Assembly (NCBI GenBank): GCA_902529935.1
Contig: CABZYK010000001.1
Span: 92,268-156,267 of the forward strand
DNA length: 64,000 bases
Direction: 5' to 3'
From: an uncultured SAR86 cluster bacterium
GTDB lineage: Bacteria > Pseudomonadota > Gammaproteobacteria > Magnimaribacterales > AG-339-G14
The translations under genes and the position numbers were made by a program. The notes under the pieces were generated by a model. The model did not search any database, was not told the origin of the DNA, and was given only the letters and a program-made list of their open reading frames with translations. Below, piece after piece: positions 10,835-21,186 of this stretch. The first letter of the stretch is position 1. Every line of letters begins with the position of its first letter.

Positions 10835-11613
10835 TTTCCATTCAAATCTTTTAAAAAAGAAACATCACTGTAGTCATTTTGTTTTGCCATTTTATTTATA
10901 GGATCCTTCTGATCAAATCCATGTTCTAAAAGCAATTTCCCATTTTCTTTTAAGAAAGTAACACTATTTTTTACGATTGTACTAATGTCAGCCAGTCCCT
11001 TTTTCTCAGAAAAAAGTGCTGATGGTGGCTCAAACCAAATTCCATCTTCATCACCATCTAAATCATTACGATAAATATATGGTGGATTAGAAATTATCAA
11101 ATCCATTGGTTCAAAAAGCCATCTTTTATGCCAATCATGCTGAATCAGAACAGAGTTTTTTAGATTTAGAGCTTTTATGTTTTCTCTCGCAACAGATAAA
11201 GCTTCAAAACTTTTATCTGTTAAGGTGCAAGTCCAAAAAGGCTTTTCTTTAGCTATAGACATACCTATAGCTCCAGATCCTGTTCCAAGCTCAAGAAGTG
11301 AACAATTCTCTAAATCAAAAGAGATGGCTGTTTCTACTAATAATTCTGACTCTGGTCTGGGGATTAACGTACTTTCATTAACCTGAAATTCATCATCCCA
11401 GAAAGGTTTTATGCCTGTTATATATGCCAAAGGAAAACCTTCTTCTCTCTTCTTTACAAGGTCGGTAAAGGCTTTGTTTGTTGTATCTTGAATTTCAATA
11501 TCAGACTTTTTATAAAGATCAACTCTTTCAATTTTGAGGATGTGACACAAAATCAGTTCCTTATCTATTGTTGGCAGGTTAGAAATTGAAAATAACTTTC
11601 GAAGATTTGTCAC
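10807..11613 (-). CDS. prmC: Release factor glutamine methyltransferase
   Basis: 'LIPRPESE', 'ELGTGSGAI', 'SNPPY'; GTG start. Confidence 0.95.
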   Translation of the reverse strand: MTNLRKLFSISNLPTIDKELILCHILKIERVDLYKKSDIEIQDTTNKAFTDLVKKREEGFPLAYITGIKPFWDDEFQVNESTLIPRPESELLVETAISFDLENCSLLELGTGSGAIGMSIAKEKPFWTCTLTDKSFEALSVARENIKALNLKNSVLIQHDWHKRWLFEPMDLIISNPPYIYRNDLDGDEDGIWFEPPSALFSEKKGLADISTIVKNSVTFLKENGKLLLEHGFDQKDPINKMAKQNDYSDVSFLKDLNGKWRVACLTK

Positions 11614-12701
11614 GAGAATGTTTTTTCAAGGTTTGATAATAATCTAGCTTGATTTTCTTCCAATAAGGTTGAGATCATGATTTCCATTTCACCATCTAGG
11701 AAACCATCCAAATTATGAACCGAAAATTCAATTCTATGATCAGTGATTCTACTTTGAGGAAAATTATATGTTCTAATTTTTTCAGATCGATCTCCTGACC
11801 CAACCATATTTTTTCTTTTTTCAGCTTGCTCTTGAGTTAGTTCTTGTTCTGCCATTGCTTTGAGCTTTGCACCAAGCAAAGTAAGTGCTTTTGCTTTATT
11901 CTTATGTTGAGACCTATCATCCTGGCACTCAACGACTATTCCGGTCGGAATGTGGGTTAACCTCACAGCTGAATCTGTCTTATTAACATGCTGTCCTCCT
12001 GCACCAGAGGCACGAAAAGTGTCGGTTCTGATTTCAGACTTATCTATCTCGACTTCTTCAACATCTTCTATTTCTGCAAGAACAGCTACCGAGCATGCCG
12101 AGGTATGAATTCTTCCTTGTGATTCAGTTGAAGGAACTCTTTGAACACGATGTATCCCAGATTCAAACTTCAATTTTTTATAAACATTCTCACCAGAAAT
12201 TTTTATTACAACTTCTTTAAATCCACCTTGCTCGCTTTCTCTTGACGAAATAAGGTCGCTCTTCCATCTATTTCTTTCTGCTAGCCTTAGATACATTCTA
12301 TAAAGGTCTCCAACAAAAAGTGCTGCCTCATCGCCACCGGTTCCGGCCCTAACTTCAACAAAAACATTTTTATCATCATTCTCATCAACAGGTATAAGAA
12401 GATTCTTCAGCTCTATTTCAATCTCAGAAATTCTTTCGTTATTTTCTTTAATTTCCTCTTTTGCTAACTCCGCTAAATCTATATCAGATTCATTAAGGAC
12501 TTCTTCAGCACTAGAAATATTGCTTTCGCACTGAATGTACTCTTCGAATTTTTCTACAATAGGTTTTAAATTAGAATATTCTTTCGACAAAGATGCATAC
12601 TGCTTTTGATCATTTATTACATCTGGCATGCTCAATTTAGTCTGAATATCAGAGAAATTATCCTTAATCTCAGTTAATCTTGTTTTTATTGAATCTAACA
12701 T
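11610..12701 (-). CDS. prfA: Peptide chain release factor 1
   Basis: PxT motif 'VPSTE', 'GAGGQHVN'. Confidence 0.98.
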   Translation of the reverse strand: MLDSIKTRLTEIKDNFSDIQTKLSMPDVINDQKQYASLSKEYSNLKPIVEKFEEYIQCESNISSAEEVLNESDIDLAELAKEEIKENNERISEIEIELKNLLIPVDENDDKNVFVEVRAGTGGDEAALFVGDLYRMYLRLAERNRWKSDLISSRESEQGGFKEVVIKISGENVYKKLKFESGIHRVQRVPSTESQGRIHTSACSVAVLAEIEDVEEVEIDKSEIRTDTFRASGAGGQHVNKTDSAVRLTHIPTGIVVECQDDRSQHKNKAKALTLLGAKLKAMAEQELTQEQAEKRKNMVGSGDRSEKIRTYNFPQSRITDHRIEFSVHNLDGFLDGEMEIMISTLLEENQARLLSNLEKTFS

Positions 12702-12719
12702 TTATAAAATTTTTAAAAG

Positions 12720-13235
12720 ATGAATAAAAATTCAATCCTGTGGTCAATTCTACTTATTTTTATTTTAGTATCCTATCTTTCATCTTGTGCAACTGTTAAA
12801 GAGGACTTAATTACTTCAAAAAATGATAGAGATTTTTTAGATGCAAGTTTTTCATTTACAACAAGTGAATCTTTCCTTAACGGAAAAGTCAGTTTTTTAA
12901 AACAAAAAGAAAAATTAATAATAAATTTTAAAAGTAGTAGGTTTTATCCAAAGTTCAGCCTTGTGTTCAAAAATAAAAATACATATCAATTACTAGTCAA
13001 TAATTCTTTCAGAAGCAAAGCAGAAGAAATAATTCAAAATAATGATAAATTAATTTTTACACTTTATTCTGTAGTGGATTGGTACTACAGAGATTGCATA
13101 TCTGGAGACTGCAAACTCCTAAAAATAATAGAAGATTCTATCCTTGTTGAAAAAATATCCGACGCTGAAGAAGACACGGATAAATTAGTTGCAACTAATC
13201 CATTTTATAAACTTAAGATTTTGATAAATAAATGA
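12720..13235 (+). CDS. Lipoprotein at the lolB position; possible divergent LolB
   Basis: Signal peptide with lipobox 'LSSC'; directly upstream of ispE. Confidence 0.55.
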   Translation: MNKNSILWSILLIFILVSYLSSCATVKEDLITSKNDRDFLDASFSFTTSESFLNGKVSFLKQKEKLIINFKSSRFYPKFSLVFKNKNTYQLLVNNSFRSKAEEIIQNNDKLIFTLYSVVDWYYRDCISGDCKLLKIIEDSILVEKISDAEEDTDKLVATNPFYKLKILINK

Positions 13236-14032
13236 AAGTTTCCTGCCCAGCGAAGTTAAACATTGGTCTAAAAATAAATTCAAAGAGACCTGATGGCTAT
13301 CATGATCTTGAAACTGAGTTCAGGTTAATATCTTTGTATGATTATCTTGAAATAAAAGAAAGTAAAAATTTCCAACTTAATATCAATAATGATGAGATTA
13401 AAACTGAAGATAATCTAATTACAAAAGCTTATTTTTTGATGAAAAGCTTATGCCATGAAAAATATGATTTCTCATTTAAAGTACAGAAAAATATACCAAT
13501 TGGTGCAGGCTTAGGGGGTGGAAGTTCAAATTGTGCCTCTGCATTGATCGTTCTAAATAAACTTTTTAAATTAAATTTTCCAGACAGTAAGTTATTAAAA
13601 ATTGGACTTAGTCTAGGAAGCGATGTTCCTTTTTTTATAAAAGGAGAAAATTCTATTGCTAAAGGAAGAGGCGAATTACTCGAAACTATTGAGATAGAGG
13701 CAAACTATTATTTAATTATCTATCCAGATATAAAAATATCCACGGCTGATGCATTCAAGTTTTATGAAGAAAATAAGACAGATTTTCCAAAACATTTAAA
13801 AAATGATTTTGAGTACTTTGCAAGAAAAGTATATCCAGAAATAAATGAAATTTTTAACCTCATGTCTCAATATGGAACTGTAGAATTATCTGGAACTGGC
13901 TCTTCAATGTATTTAAATTTTAATTCTTCAGAAGAGGCGTATACAATTGCAACCAAAGTTCCGACTAACTGTAAGTTTTTTGTAACAAGAAGTTTAGACA
14001 AGTCTCCGATATATGATGAACTTAATAAATAA
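13232..14032 (+). CDS. ispE: 4-diphosphocytidyl-2-C-methyl-D-erythritol kinase
   Basis: 'PAKLNIGL..RPDGYHDL', 'KNIPIGAGLGGGSSN'. Confidence 0.96.
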   Translation: MKVSCPAKLNIGLKINSKRPDGYHDLETEFRLISLYDYLEIKESKNFQLNINNDEIKTEDNLITKAYFLMKSLCHEKYDFSFKVQKNIPIGAGLGGGSSNCASALIVLNKLFKLNFPDSKLLKIGLSLGSDVPFFIKGENSIAKGRGELLETIEIEANYYLIIYPDIKISTADAFKFYEENKTDFPKHLKNDFEYFARKVYPEINEIFNLMSQYGTVELSGTGSSMYLNFNSSEEAYTIATKVPTNCKFFVTRSLDKSPIYDELNK

Positions 14033-14107
14033 TGGGGTGTGGCCAAGCGGTAAGGCAGCGGCTTTTGATGCCGCCATGCGTAGGTTCGAATCCTACCACC
14101 CCAGCCA
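14033..14107 (+). tRNA. tRNA-Gln (TTG)
   Basis: TGGGGTG acceptor, anticodon arm GCGGC-TTTTGAT-GCCGC, GGTTCGAATCC, encoded CCA. Confidence 0.96.
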
Positions 14108-14113
14108 GATAAA

Positions 14114-15070
14114 ATGTTAAAGCCTGCTAAAAATCTTATTTTATTTTCAGGTAATGCTAACAATGTGTTAGCTGGAAAGATTGCTAAAAAACTTGGTAAA
14201 AATCTAGGAAAAGCTGAAGTTGAGAGATTCAGCGATGGCGAGTCAGATGTAAGGATAAACGTTAATGTCAGAGGAAAGGATGTATTCATAATCCAATCAA
14301 CTTGTTCTCCTGCAAATGAAAATCTCATGGAGTTATCAATTATGATAGATGCTTTAAGGAGAGCATCTGCTTCCAGAATTACCGCAGTGATTCCCTATTT
14401 TGGTTATGCCAGACAGGATCGAAGAGTTAGATCTGAAAGAGTGCCTATTTCAGCAAAACTAGTTGCTGAAATTCTTCAGATTGCTGGCGCAAATAGAATC
14501 ATGACTCTGGATTTACACTCTGACCAAATACAGGGTTTCTTCAATATACCTGTGGATAATATCTACGTTACAAAAGCATTCTTAAATCATATAAACAGAT
14601 CAAGATATCCAAACCAAATTGTAGTTTCTCCTGATGTAGGTGGTGTTGTAAGAGCAAGAGCACTAGCAAAATATATGGGGGATACTGATTTAGCTATCAT
14701 TGATAAAAGAAGAGAAAAGGCGAATGAATCTGAAGTCATGAATGTTATTGGGGACGTTAAGAAAAAAACATGCATCATTGTCGATGACATAATTGATACA
14801 GCAGGAACTCTATGCAATGCTGCCGATGCATTGAAAAAACAAGGCGCTCAAAAAGTTTATGCTTATATTTCTCACCCAGTTCTTTCTGGTTCTGCAATTG
14901 AAAAAATATCCAAATCAAAGCTAGACTCATTGATAGTAACTGATACAATTCCGCTCTCAAAAGAGGCTGAAAATTGTAAAAAAATAAAGATTGTCTCTAT
15001 GGATTCAACATTAGCAGGCGCTATAACAAGAGTGAATAGAGAAGAATCAATCAGTGAAATGTTTTTATAA
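14114..15070 (+). CDS. prs: Ribose-phosphate pyrophosphokinase
   Basis: 'FSDGE', '[10 protein letters not shown]', 'VSPDVGG', '[10 protein letters not shown]'. Confidence 0.98.
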   Translation: MLKPAKNLILFSGNANNVLAGKIAKKLGKNLGKAEVERFSDGESDVRINVNVRGKDVFIIQSTCSPANENLMELSIMIDALRRASASRITAVIPYFGYARQDRRVRSERVPISAKLVAEILQIAGANRIMTLDLHSDQIQGFFNIPVDNIYVTKAFLNHINRSRYPNQIVVSPDVGGVVRARALAKYMGDTDLAIIDKRREKANESEVMNVIGDVKKKTCIIVDDIIDTAGTLCNAADALKKQGAQKVYAYISHPVLSGSAIEKISKSKLDSLIVTDTIPLSKEAENCKKIKIVSMDSTLAGAITRVNREESISEMFL

Positions 15071-15073
15071 AAA

Positions 15074-15775
15074 ATGAGTGAAAAAATAACTATATCTGGT
15101 GAATCCAGGCAAGAAACAGGTAAGGCAAATTCAAGAAGCTTAAGATCTTCTGAAATAGTCCCTGGGGTTATATACGGAGAAGAAAAATCTTCAAATATCA
15201 AAGTCTTGGAGAAAGATCTTAAGAAAATTCTTGAAAACCCAAGTATTTTTTCCCAAGTTATCGATTTGAATATTGATGGATCCCCTTTTGAGGTTCTATT
15301 GAAAGATATTCAAAGAAACCCGAGAAATGATAGACCTTCACACGTTGACTTCCTTGTTGTTTCAAAAGATACCAAAGTAACTGTTAATGTCCCATTAAAA
15401 TTCATTAATGAGGATATTTGTGTTGGCGTCAAACAACAAGGCGGTATGATTTCTCACCTCAGAAACGAAGTAGAAGTTTTATGCTCTGCAGCCTCTCTTC
15501 CAGAATTTATAGAAATCGACACTCAAAACATTGAATTGAATCAATCTGTGATGATGTCAGAAATTTCCTTGCCCGAAGGTGTCGAACTGACCAGCGTATT
15601 GAATGATCTCCAAGATCAACCTGTTCTCTCTTGTTCTGTTACCAGAGCTTCACTTGAAATTGATGATGATCCTGTAATTGGAGAAGATGGTGAAGAAGTT
15701 ACAGACGATGCTGAAGCTTCTGCCGATTCATCTCAAACAGACGAGTCTCAAGAAGAAGAATCTAACGATAACTAA
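15074..15775 (+). CDS. rplY: 50S ribosomal protein L25/CTC (long form, acidic tail)
   Basis: 'VPGVIYG', 'HVDF', 'GVKQQGG'. Confidence 0.95.
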   Translation: MSEKITISGESRQETGKANSRSLRSSEIVPGVIYGEEKSSNIKVLEKDLKKILENPSIFSQVIDLNIDGSPFEVLLKDIQRNPRNDRPSHVDFLVVSKDTKVTVNVPLKFINEDICVGVKQQGGMISHLRNEVEVLCSAASLPEFIEIDTQNIELNQSVMMSEISLPEGVELTSVLNDLQDQPVLSCSVTRASLEIDDDPVIGEDGEEVTDDAEASADSSQTDESQEEESNDN

Positions 15776-15778
15776 TTT

Positions 15779-16357
15779 ATGGAAACCTTTTTAGTAGTTG
15801 GGTTAGGAAATCCTGGCTCAAGGTATGCTAATACAAGACATAATGCAGGAACTGATTTCGTTCATATGCTTTGTGAAAAGTATGATGTTGAGTTAACAGA
15901 AAAGAAAAAATATAAAGCTTCTATAGGAAAATTTCTATTGAAGGATATGGAAGTCATACTTTCTATCCCTACCCTGTTTATGAATCAAAGTGGAAAAAGC
16001 GTTGCTCCCACTGTAAAGGGAGAAAATATAAAATTAAAAAATCTTCTTGTTGTTCATGATGATCTTGATCTTCCTCCCGGAATATCAAAATTAAAATTCT
16101 CTGGAGGAGATGGGGGTCATAATGGTTTAAAAGATATTATGCAAAGCTTATCTGGTAAAAAAGATTTTAAGAGGCTAAGAATTGGTATAGGTCATCCAGG
16201 CGACACAAAAAAAGTAAATTCTTTTGTCGTAAAAAAAGGATCTTCTGTCGAAAGAAAAAATAAACTTATAGCGATGCATAATGCTTTGGAAGTTTTTGAA
16301 CTTATTGCTTTTGATGATTGGGAAAAAGCTTTGACGCAATTACATTCAAAAAAATAA
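15779..16357 (+). CDS. pth: Peptidyl-tRNA hydrolase
   Basis: 'VGLGNPG..Y..TRHNAG', 'GGHNGLK', 'RLRIGIGHP'. Confidence 0.97.
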   Translation: METFLVVGLGNPGSRYANTRHNAGTDFVHMLCEKYDVELTEKKKYKASIGKFLLKDMEVILSIPTLFMNQSGKSVAPTVKGENIKLKNLLVVHDDLDLPPGISKLKFSGGDGGHNGLKDIMQSLSGKKDFKRLRIGIGHPGDTKKVNSFVVKKGSSVERKNKLIAMHNALEVFELIAFDDWEKALTQLHSKK

Positions 16358-17442
16358 TGGGACTTAAATGTGGAATTGTTGGATTGCCTAACGTTGGCAA
16401 ATCTACCTTATTCAATGCGTTAACATCATCCGGCATACAAGCTGAAAATTTTCCATTCTGCACAATTGATCCTAATGTCGGAATAGTAAATCTACCTGAC
16501 AGCAGACTAAATAAAATAGCTGAAATTGTTGATCCTGAAGAAATAATTCAATCAACTGTTGAGTTTGTTGATATCGCAGGCCTTGTTGAGGGAGCTTCTA
16601 AGGGAGAGGGTCTAGGTAATAAGTTTCTTGCCAATATCAGAGAAACAGATGCAATCATTCACGTGGTTAGATGCTTTGAAGATGAAAGCATAATTCATGT
16701 CAAAGATAAAATATCTCCTGTAGATGATATAAAAACGATAGAACTTGAACTCATCCTTGCTGACATGGAAGTTCTTGAGAACGCCATCGAAAATGTTAAG
16801 AGGAAAGCAAAAAGTGGCGACAAAAAACTTCTCTATACCTTAGAAGTTTATGAAAAAACATTGGAATTTCTCAACAAAGAAGAAAATTTAAGAAATATAA
16901 ACTTTGATAATAACGATTTAGCTGAACTTAAAGGCTTAAATCTTATTTCAATCAAACCTGTTATTTATGTTGCAAACATAGATGATAGCCTTAAAGAAAA
17001 TGAATTTTATTCATCCGTTAAAGAATTCGCCTATGAAAATAATTCTCAAGTAATTGGTCTGTGCAATCAGCTAGAAGCTGAAATAGCTGAACTTGAGAAT
17101 GATAAAGATGACCTTTTGAGAGATATAGGTCTTGAAGAGCCTGGACTAAACATCATGATCAGGGCAGCATTTGATAGCTTAGGTCTTCAAACCTTTTTTA
17201 CGGCTGGAAAAAAAGAAGTAAGAGCTTGGGAAATAAAAAAAGGATCTCTTGCACCTCAAGCTGCAGGAACAATTCATACAGACTTTGAAAAAGGTTTTAT
17301 CAGAGCTGAAACCATTTCTTATGAAGACTATATTGAGTTTAATGGAGAAACAGGAGCTAAAGAGGCTGGAAAATTAAGATCAGAAGGTTCTGAATACATC
17401 ATTGAAGATGGAGACATAGTTCACTTCAGATTCAATGTATAG
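16357..17442 (+). CDS. ychF: Ribosome-binding ATPase YchF
   Basis: '[13 protein letters not shown]', 'DIAGLV', ends 'HFRFNV'; start moved to the ATG overlapping the pth stop. Confidence 0.97.
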   Translation: MGLKCGIVGLPNVGKSTLFNALTSSGIQAENFPFCTIDPNVGIVNLPDSRLNKIAEIVDPEEIIQSTVEFVDIAGLVEGASKGEGLGNKFLANIRETDAIIHVVRCFEDESIIHVKDKISPVDDIKTIELELILADMEVLENAIENVKRKAKSGDKKLLYTLEVYEKTLEFLNKEENLRNINFDNNDLAELKGLNLISIKPVIYVANIDDSLKENEFYSSVKEFAYENNSQVIGLCNQLEAEIAELENDKDDLLRDIGLEEPGLNIMIRAAFDSLGLQTFFTAGKKEVRAWEIKKGSLAPQAAGTIHTDFEKGFIRAETISYEDYIEFNGETGAKEAGKLRSEGSEYIIEDGDIVHFRFNV

Positions 17443-17450
17443 CTTGTTGC

Positions 17451-17479
17451 TTGACTTTTAATGATCAGACTAAGAGAAT
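17451..17479 (+). promoter_or_regulatory. Putative sigma70 promoter of tRNA-Met
   Basis: TTGACT-17 nt-GAGAAT, 11 nt before the tRNA. Confidence 0.6.
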
Positions 17480-17490
17480 TCTCTTTCTTT

Positions 17491-17567
17491 GGCTATGTAG
17501 CTCAGCTGGTTAGAGCGCTGCACTCATAACGCAGAGGTCGGTAGTTCAAGTCTACCCATAGCCACCA
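17491..17567 (+). tRNA. tRNA-Met (CAT), elongator type
   Basis: GGCTATG/CATAGCC acceptor stem, loop CTCATAA, CCA end; U4-A69 argues against tRNA-Ile2. Confidence 0.92.
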
Positions 17568-17570
17568 GAT

Positions 17571-19676
17571 TTATCCTTCAGATGTTTCTTCCGGTGAGTT
17601 TACTGCTTTGATGCTAAGTTTTACCCTACCTCTGTCATCAATACCTATGACTTTAACATCGACTTCTTCTCCTTCAACAAGGTAGTCAGAAACTTTCTCA
17701 ACCCTTTCTTCCATGATTTCTGAGACATGGACTAGGCCTTCTTTTCCACCATCTATTGAAACAAAAGCTCCGAATTCGACAATTTTAACTACAGTTCCTA
17801 TATAGATCTGACCCACTTCTGGATCTGCAACAATTTGATTAATAAGGTCTATTGCTGTTTGCCTTGATTCAGGTGAATCACCAAATATTTTAATCTCCCC
17901 ATCATCATTAATATCCACATTTGCACCAGATTTTTCGGTAATACTTTTAATTACCGAACCGCCTTTCCCAATTACTTCTCTAATTTTATCTTTTGCAATA
18001 GTCATATTTACAGCTTGCGGGGCATTAGGTGAAAGTTCTTTTCTTGGTGAGTCCAATACAGAGTCCATTTTTGCAAGGATGTGAGTCCTTGCTGTCTGTG
18101 CTTTTTCAAGAGCTACCTCCATTATCTCTTCTGATATTCCCTTAACTTTGATATCCATCTGAAGAGCCGTTACTCCGTCTGAAGTTCCTGCTACCTTAAA
18201 ATCCATATCTCCTAGATGATCTTCATCTCCTAAAATATCTGTTATCACGCAGAAATCATCACCATCAAGAACAAGTCCCATAGCTACTCCTGCCACAGCT
18301 TTCTTAATAGGAATTCCTGCATCCATCATTGATAGACTTGAAGAACAAACTGTTGCCATGGAACTAGAGCCATTTGATTCAGTTATTTCGGATACAACCC
18401 TTATGGTGTAGGGAAACTCTTCTTGGGATGGCAAAACTGCTTCCAAAGCTCTTCGTGCCAATTTTCCATGACCGATTTCTCTTCTTTTTGGCGCCCCTAT
18501 AAAACCTGCTTCACCAACAGAAAATGGAGGAAAGTTATAATGAAGCATAAAGGGATCATTTGTTGTACCTTCTAGAGCATCAATTAATTGAGCATCTCTA
18601 GACCCACCTAGTGTTGCAACACCAATAGATTGAGTCTCACCTCTCGTAAACAAACAAGAACCGTGAGATTTATTTAAAAATCCAACTTCTATATCTATTG
18701 GTCTGACTGTATCAAGGTCTCTTCCATCTATTCTTGAATCTCCATTAAGGAGCCTAGATCTTACTATTTCTGATTCTACTGATTTGAAATATCCAGAAAC
18801 AGCGTTTTCATCTTCCAAATCTTCATCGCTAAGACTCTCTTTCATTTTATCTCGAGCAAGAGAGACTGATTCCTGTCTTTTAGCCTTTTCTGGAATCGAA
18901 TAAGCACTTACTAGGTCATCTCTTACAATATTTATAATTTTTTCTTTTAATTCAGAATTATCTTCTTTTATAGAATATTCAATTTCAGGAATAGAGGTTT
19001 TTGAAACGAGCTCTTCAATTAAAGTAATTGTTTTTTGCATTTCTTGATGAGCAAATAGAACAGCTCCGAGCATTTGATCTTCTGAAAGTTCTTTTGCCTC
19101 AGATTCAACCATCAAAATAGCATCTTTCGTTCCAGCAACAACCATATCCAACATCGATTTTTCAAGTGATTCATTATCAGGATTGAGCACATATGATCCA
19201 TCCACAAATCCCACTCTTGCAGCAGAAATTGGTCCCTCAAAAGGAAGACCAGATATCGCTAAAGCAGCAGATGCTCCAATGAGAGAAATAATCTCCGGAC
19301 TTTCATTCTTATCAGCAGATAAAACTGTGCATATTACCTGTACTTCTTGAAAATAACCTTTCGGAAATAAAGGTCTTAAAGGTCTATCAATAAGTCTTGA
19401 GACAAGCGTTTCTTTTTCAGTTGGCCTACCCTCTCTGCGAAAAAAACTGCCTGGAATCTTTCCTGCAGCATAATATTTTTCTGTGTAATTTACTGTTAGT
19501 GGAAAAAAGGATTGTCCTTCTGGCTCTCTTCCAGCAACAACAGTTACTAGAACTTGATTTTCGCCAGAAGAAGCAATGATAGATGCTGTGGCTTGTCGTG
19601 CTATTTTTCCTGTTTCTAATTTTATATCTCTACCAGCTACATTTGTTGTAACTGACGCATAAGTCTCTTCAAACAT
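17571..19676 (-). CDS. pnp: Polyribonucleotide nucleotidyltransferase
   Basis: 'RREIGHG', 'SNGSSSMA', 'GDMDFKVAG', KH and S1 domains. Confidence 0.98.
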   Translation of the reverse strand: MFEETYASVTTNVAGRDIKLETGKIARQATASIIASSGENQVLVTVVAGREPEGQSFFPLTVNYTEKYYAAGKIPGSFFRREGRPTEKETLVSRLIDRPLRPLFPKGYFQEVQVICTVLSADKNESPEIISLIGASAALAISGLPFEGPISAARVGFVDGSYVLNPDNESLEKSMLDMVVAGTKDAILMVESEAKELSEDQMLGAVLFAHQEMQKTITLIEELVSKTSIPEIEYSIKEDNSELKEKIINIVRDDLVSAYSIPEKAKRQESVSLARDKMKESLSDEDLEDENAVSGYFKSVESEIVRSRLLNGDSRIDGRDLDTVRPIDIEVGFLNKSHGSCLFTRGETQSIGVATLGGSRDAQLIDALEGTTNDPFMLHYNFPPFSVGEAGFIGAPKRREIGHGKLARRALEAVLPSQEEFPYTIRVVSEITESNGSSSMATVCSSSLSMMDAGIPIKKAVAGVAMGLVLDGDDFCVITDILGDEDHLGDMDFKVAGTSDGVTALQMDIKVKGISEEIMEVALEKAQTARTHILAKMDSVLDSPRKELSPNAPQAVNMTIAKDKIREVIGKGGSVIKSITEKSGANVDINDDGEIKIFGDSPESRQTAIDLINQIVADPEVGQIYIGTVVKIVEFGAFVSIDGGKEGLVHVSEIMEERVEKVSDYLVEGEEVDVKVIGIDDRGRVKLSIKAVNSPEETSEG

Positions 19677-19705
19677 TTAATTTCCTTTATAAATCTAAAT
19701 CTAAA

Positions 19706-19975
19706 CTACTTTCTTAGATTCAGTGCTTCTAGAACAGAAGAATAAGCCTCGGGATCTTTTCCTTTGAGATAATCTAATAACTTTCTCCTAGAATTCACCA
19801 TTCTTATTAGTCCCTGACGGGAGTGATGATCCTTCGCATGATCTTTAAAATGCTTTTGTAACGATTCAATATTCGCAGTTAATAATGCTATTTGAACCTG
19901 AGGTGAACCTGTATCTCCATCCGATACGGCAAATTTACTTACAATTTCATTTTTCTGTTCTGTTGTTAAACTCAA
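19706..19975 (-). CDS. rpsO: 30S ribosomal protein S15
   Basis: '[13 protein letters not shown]', 'KDHHSRQGL'; TTG start with AGGAGG SD. Confidence 0.98.
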   Translation of the reverse strand: MSLTTEQKNEIVSKFAVSDGDTGSPQVQIALLTANIESLQKHFKDHAKDHHSRQGLIRMVNSRRKLLDYLKGKDPEAYSSVLEALNLRK

Positions 19976-19991
19976 TGAGTCCTCCTAGTTT

Positions 19992-20876
19992 TTAAGATAA
20001 AGATAGAAAATTTTCTAGGAATCGTTTTGGTTTTAGTAAACCTTCGTTATATTCTACCAATCCAATGAATCCCCTTTTGGAATCCCTTAGCCTTAAAATA
20101 GTCGAAGAATCGTATTTCAAGTTAGATTCGACGAATTGGCCGTTTCTTAATTTATCTACTATATCTGGCGCGCATTGTATCTCATTAAAGCAATTAAGTG
20201 CATCATTTGGTGAAATTATTTTATCGATAGGTAAACTTTCTTCAGGGAGTTTGATTGCATTTTTAACATAGAAATTCCCTGATCTGGTTCTTCTAAGATC
20301 TTTCAAATACGCTGGACAATTAAATAGTTCACCGATATCTTCTGCTAAGGATCTTATGTAAGTTCCAGAGCTACAAGAGACTTCAATATTAATTTCATTT
20401 CCAATTATGGATAATAGTTTTATTGAAGATATAAAAATTTCTCTTTCATCTTTATCTATTTTTATGCCTTTTCTTGCGTATTCATAAAGAGATTTTCCTT
20501 TGTATTTCAAGGCTGAGTATGCTGGAGGTTTTTGTTTTGATTTACCCAGGAATTTTTGAATTATGTTTTCTACATCTTTTGATGAGAAATCTAAGAATGA
20601 AAATTCTTTTGAATCGATTGTCTCCCCTTCAGAGTCACCAGTGCTAGTCTTTTTCCCAAAGTATATGCATGCATGATAAGTTTTTTCAGACGAGCTCAGA
20701 TAGGAAGCAAATCTGGTCATTTGATTAAGACAAACTATCAATATTCCACTAGCCATTGGATCAAGAGTTCCACAATGCCCAATTTTTAGTTCTGGATCTA
20801 ATTTAGACAGTCTTCTTATATAAGATGCAGATGACTCAGCTTTTGGCTTATCAATTTGAAGTACGCCATTAATCAT
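19992..20876 (-). CDS. truB: tRNA pseudouridine(55) synthase
   Basis: 'GHCGTLDPMASG', 'PPAYSALK', 'CSSGTYIRSL'. Confidence 0.96.
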   Translation of the reverse strand: MINGVLQIDKPKAESSASYIRRLSKLDPELKIGHCGTLDPMASGILIVCLNQMTRFASYLSSSEKTYHACIYFGKKTSTGDSEGETIDSKEFSFLDFSSKDVENIIQKFLGKSKQKPPAYSALKYKGKSLYEYARKGIKIDKDEREIFISSIKLLSIIGNEINIEVSCSSGTYIRSLAEDIGELFNCPAYLKDLRRTRSGNFYVKNAIKLPEESLPIDKIISPNDALNCFNEIQCAPDIVDKLRNGQFVESNLKYDSSTILRLRDSKRGFIGLVEYNEGLLKPKRFLENFLSLS

Positions 20877-21186
20877 AAATATTTAGCTCATCAAAAATAA
20901 AAATCAGACTTGGAACTCTTTTCAAAGATAAATTTCTTGCCAGACTTGATCTTAAAAAGCCTGATGCCTTTTTAAAACCTTTTTCTAACCCTGCTTGATC
21001 GGAAGAAGATATCAAATTTCTGTAGAAGATTTTGGCTATCTTCATATTGTCAGACATCTCTACTTTAGTGATGACGGTATTTTCTAGTCGGGGATCTTTT
21101 ACCTGCGTTTGAACTAAATTAGAAATTTCCCTGAATATAAGATCTGCAATCCTGTCAGACCTCTTAAATGAGTATTTATTTGTCAA
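20869..21186 (-). CDS. rbfA: Ribosome-binding factor A
   Basis: 'VKDPRL', 'KASGFLRS'; between infB and truB. Confidence 0.94.
   Translation of the reverse strand: MTNKYSFKRSDRIADLIFREISNLVQTQVKDPRLENTVITKVEMSDNMKIAKIFYRNLISSSDQAGLEKGFKKASGFLRSSLARNLSLKRVPSLIFIFDELNIYD

Noticed and set aside
13867-14328. 153-aa minus-strand ORF
   Set aside because: Antisense to ispE, tRNA-Gln and prs; contains the translated tRNA complement.
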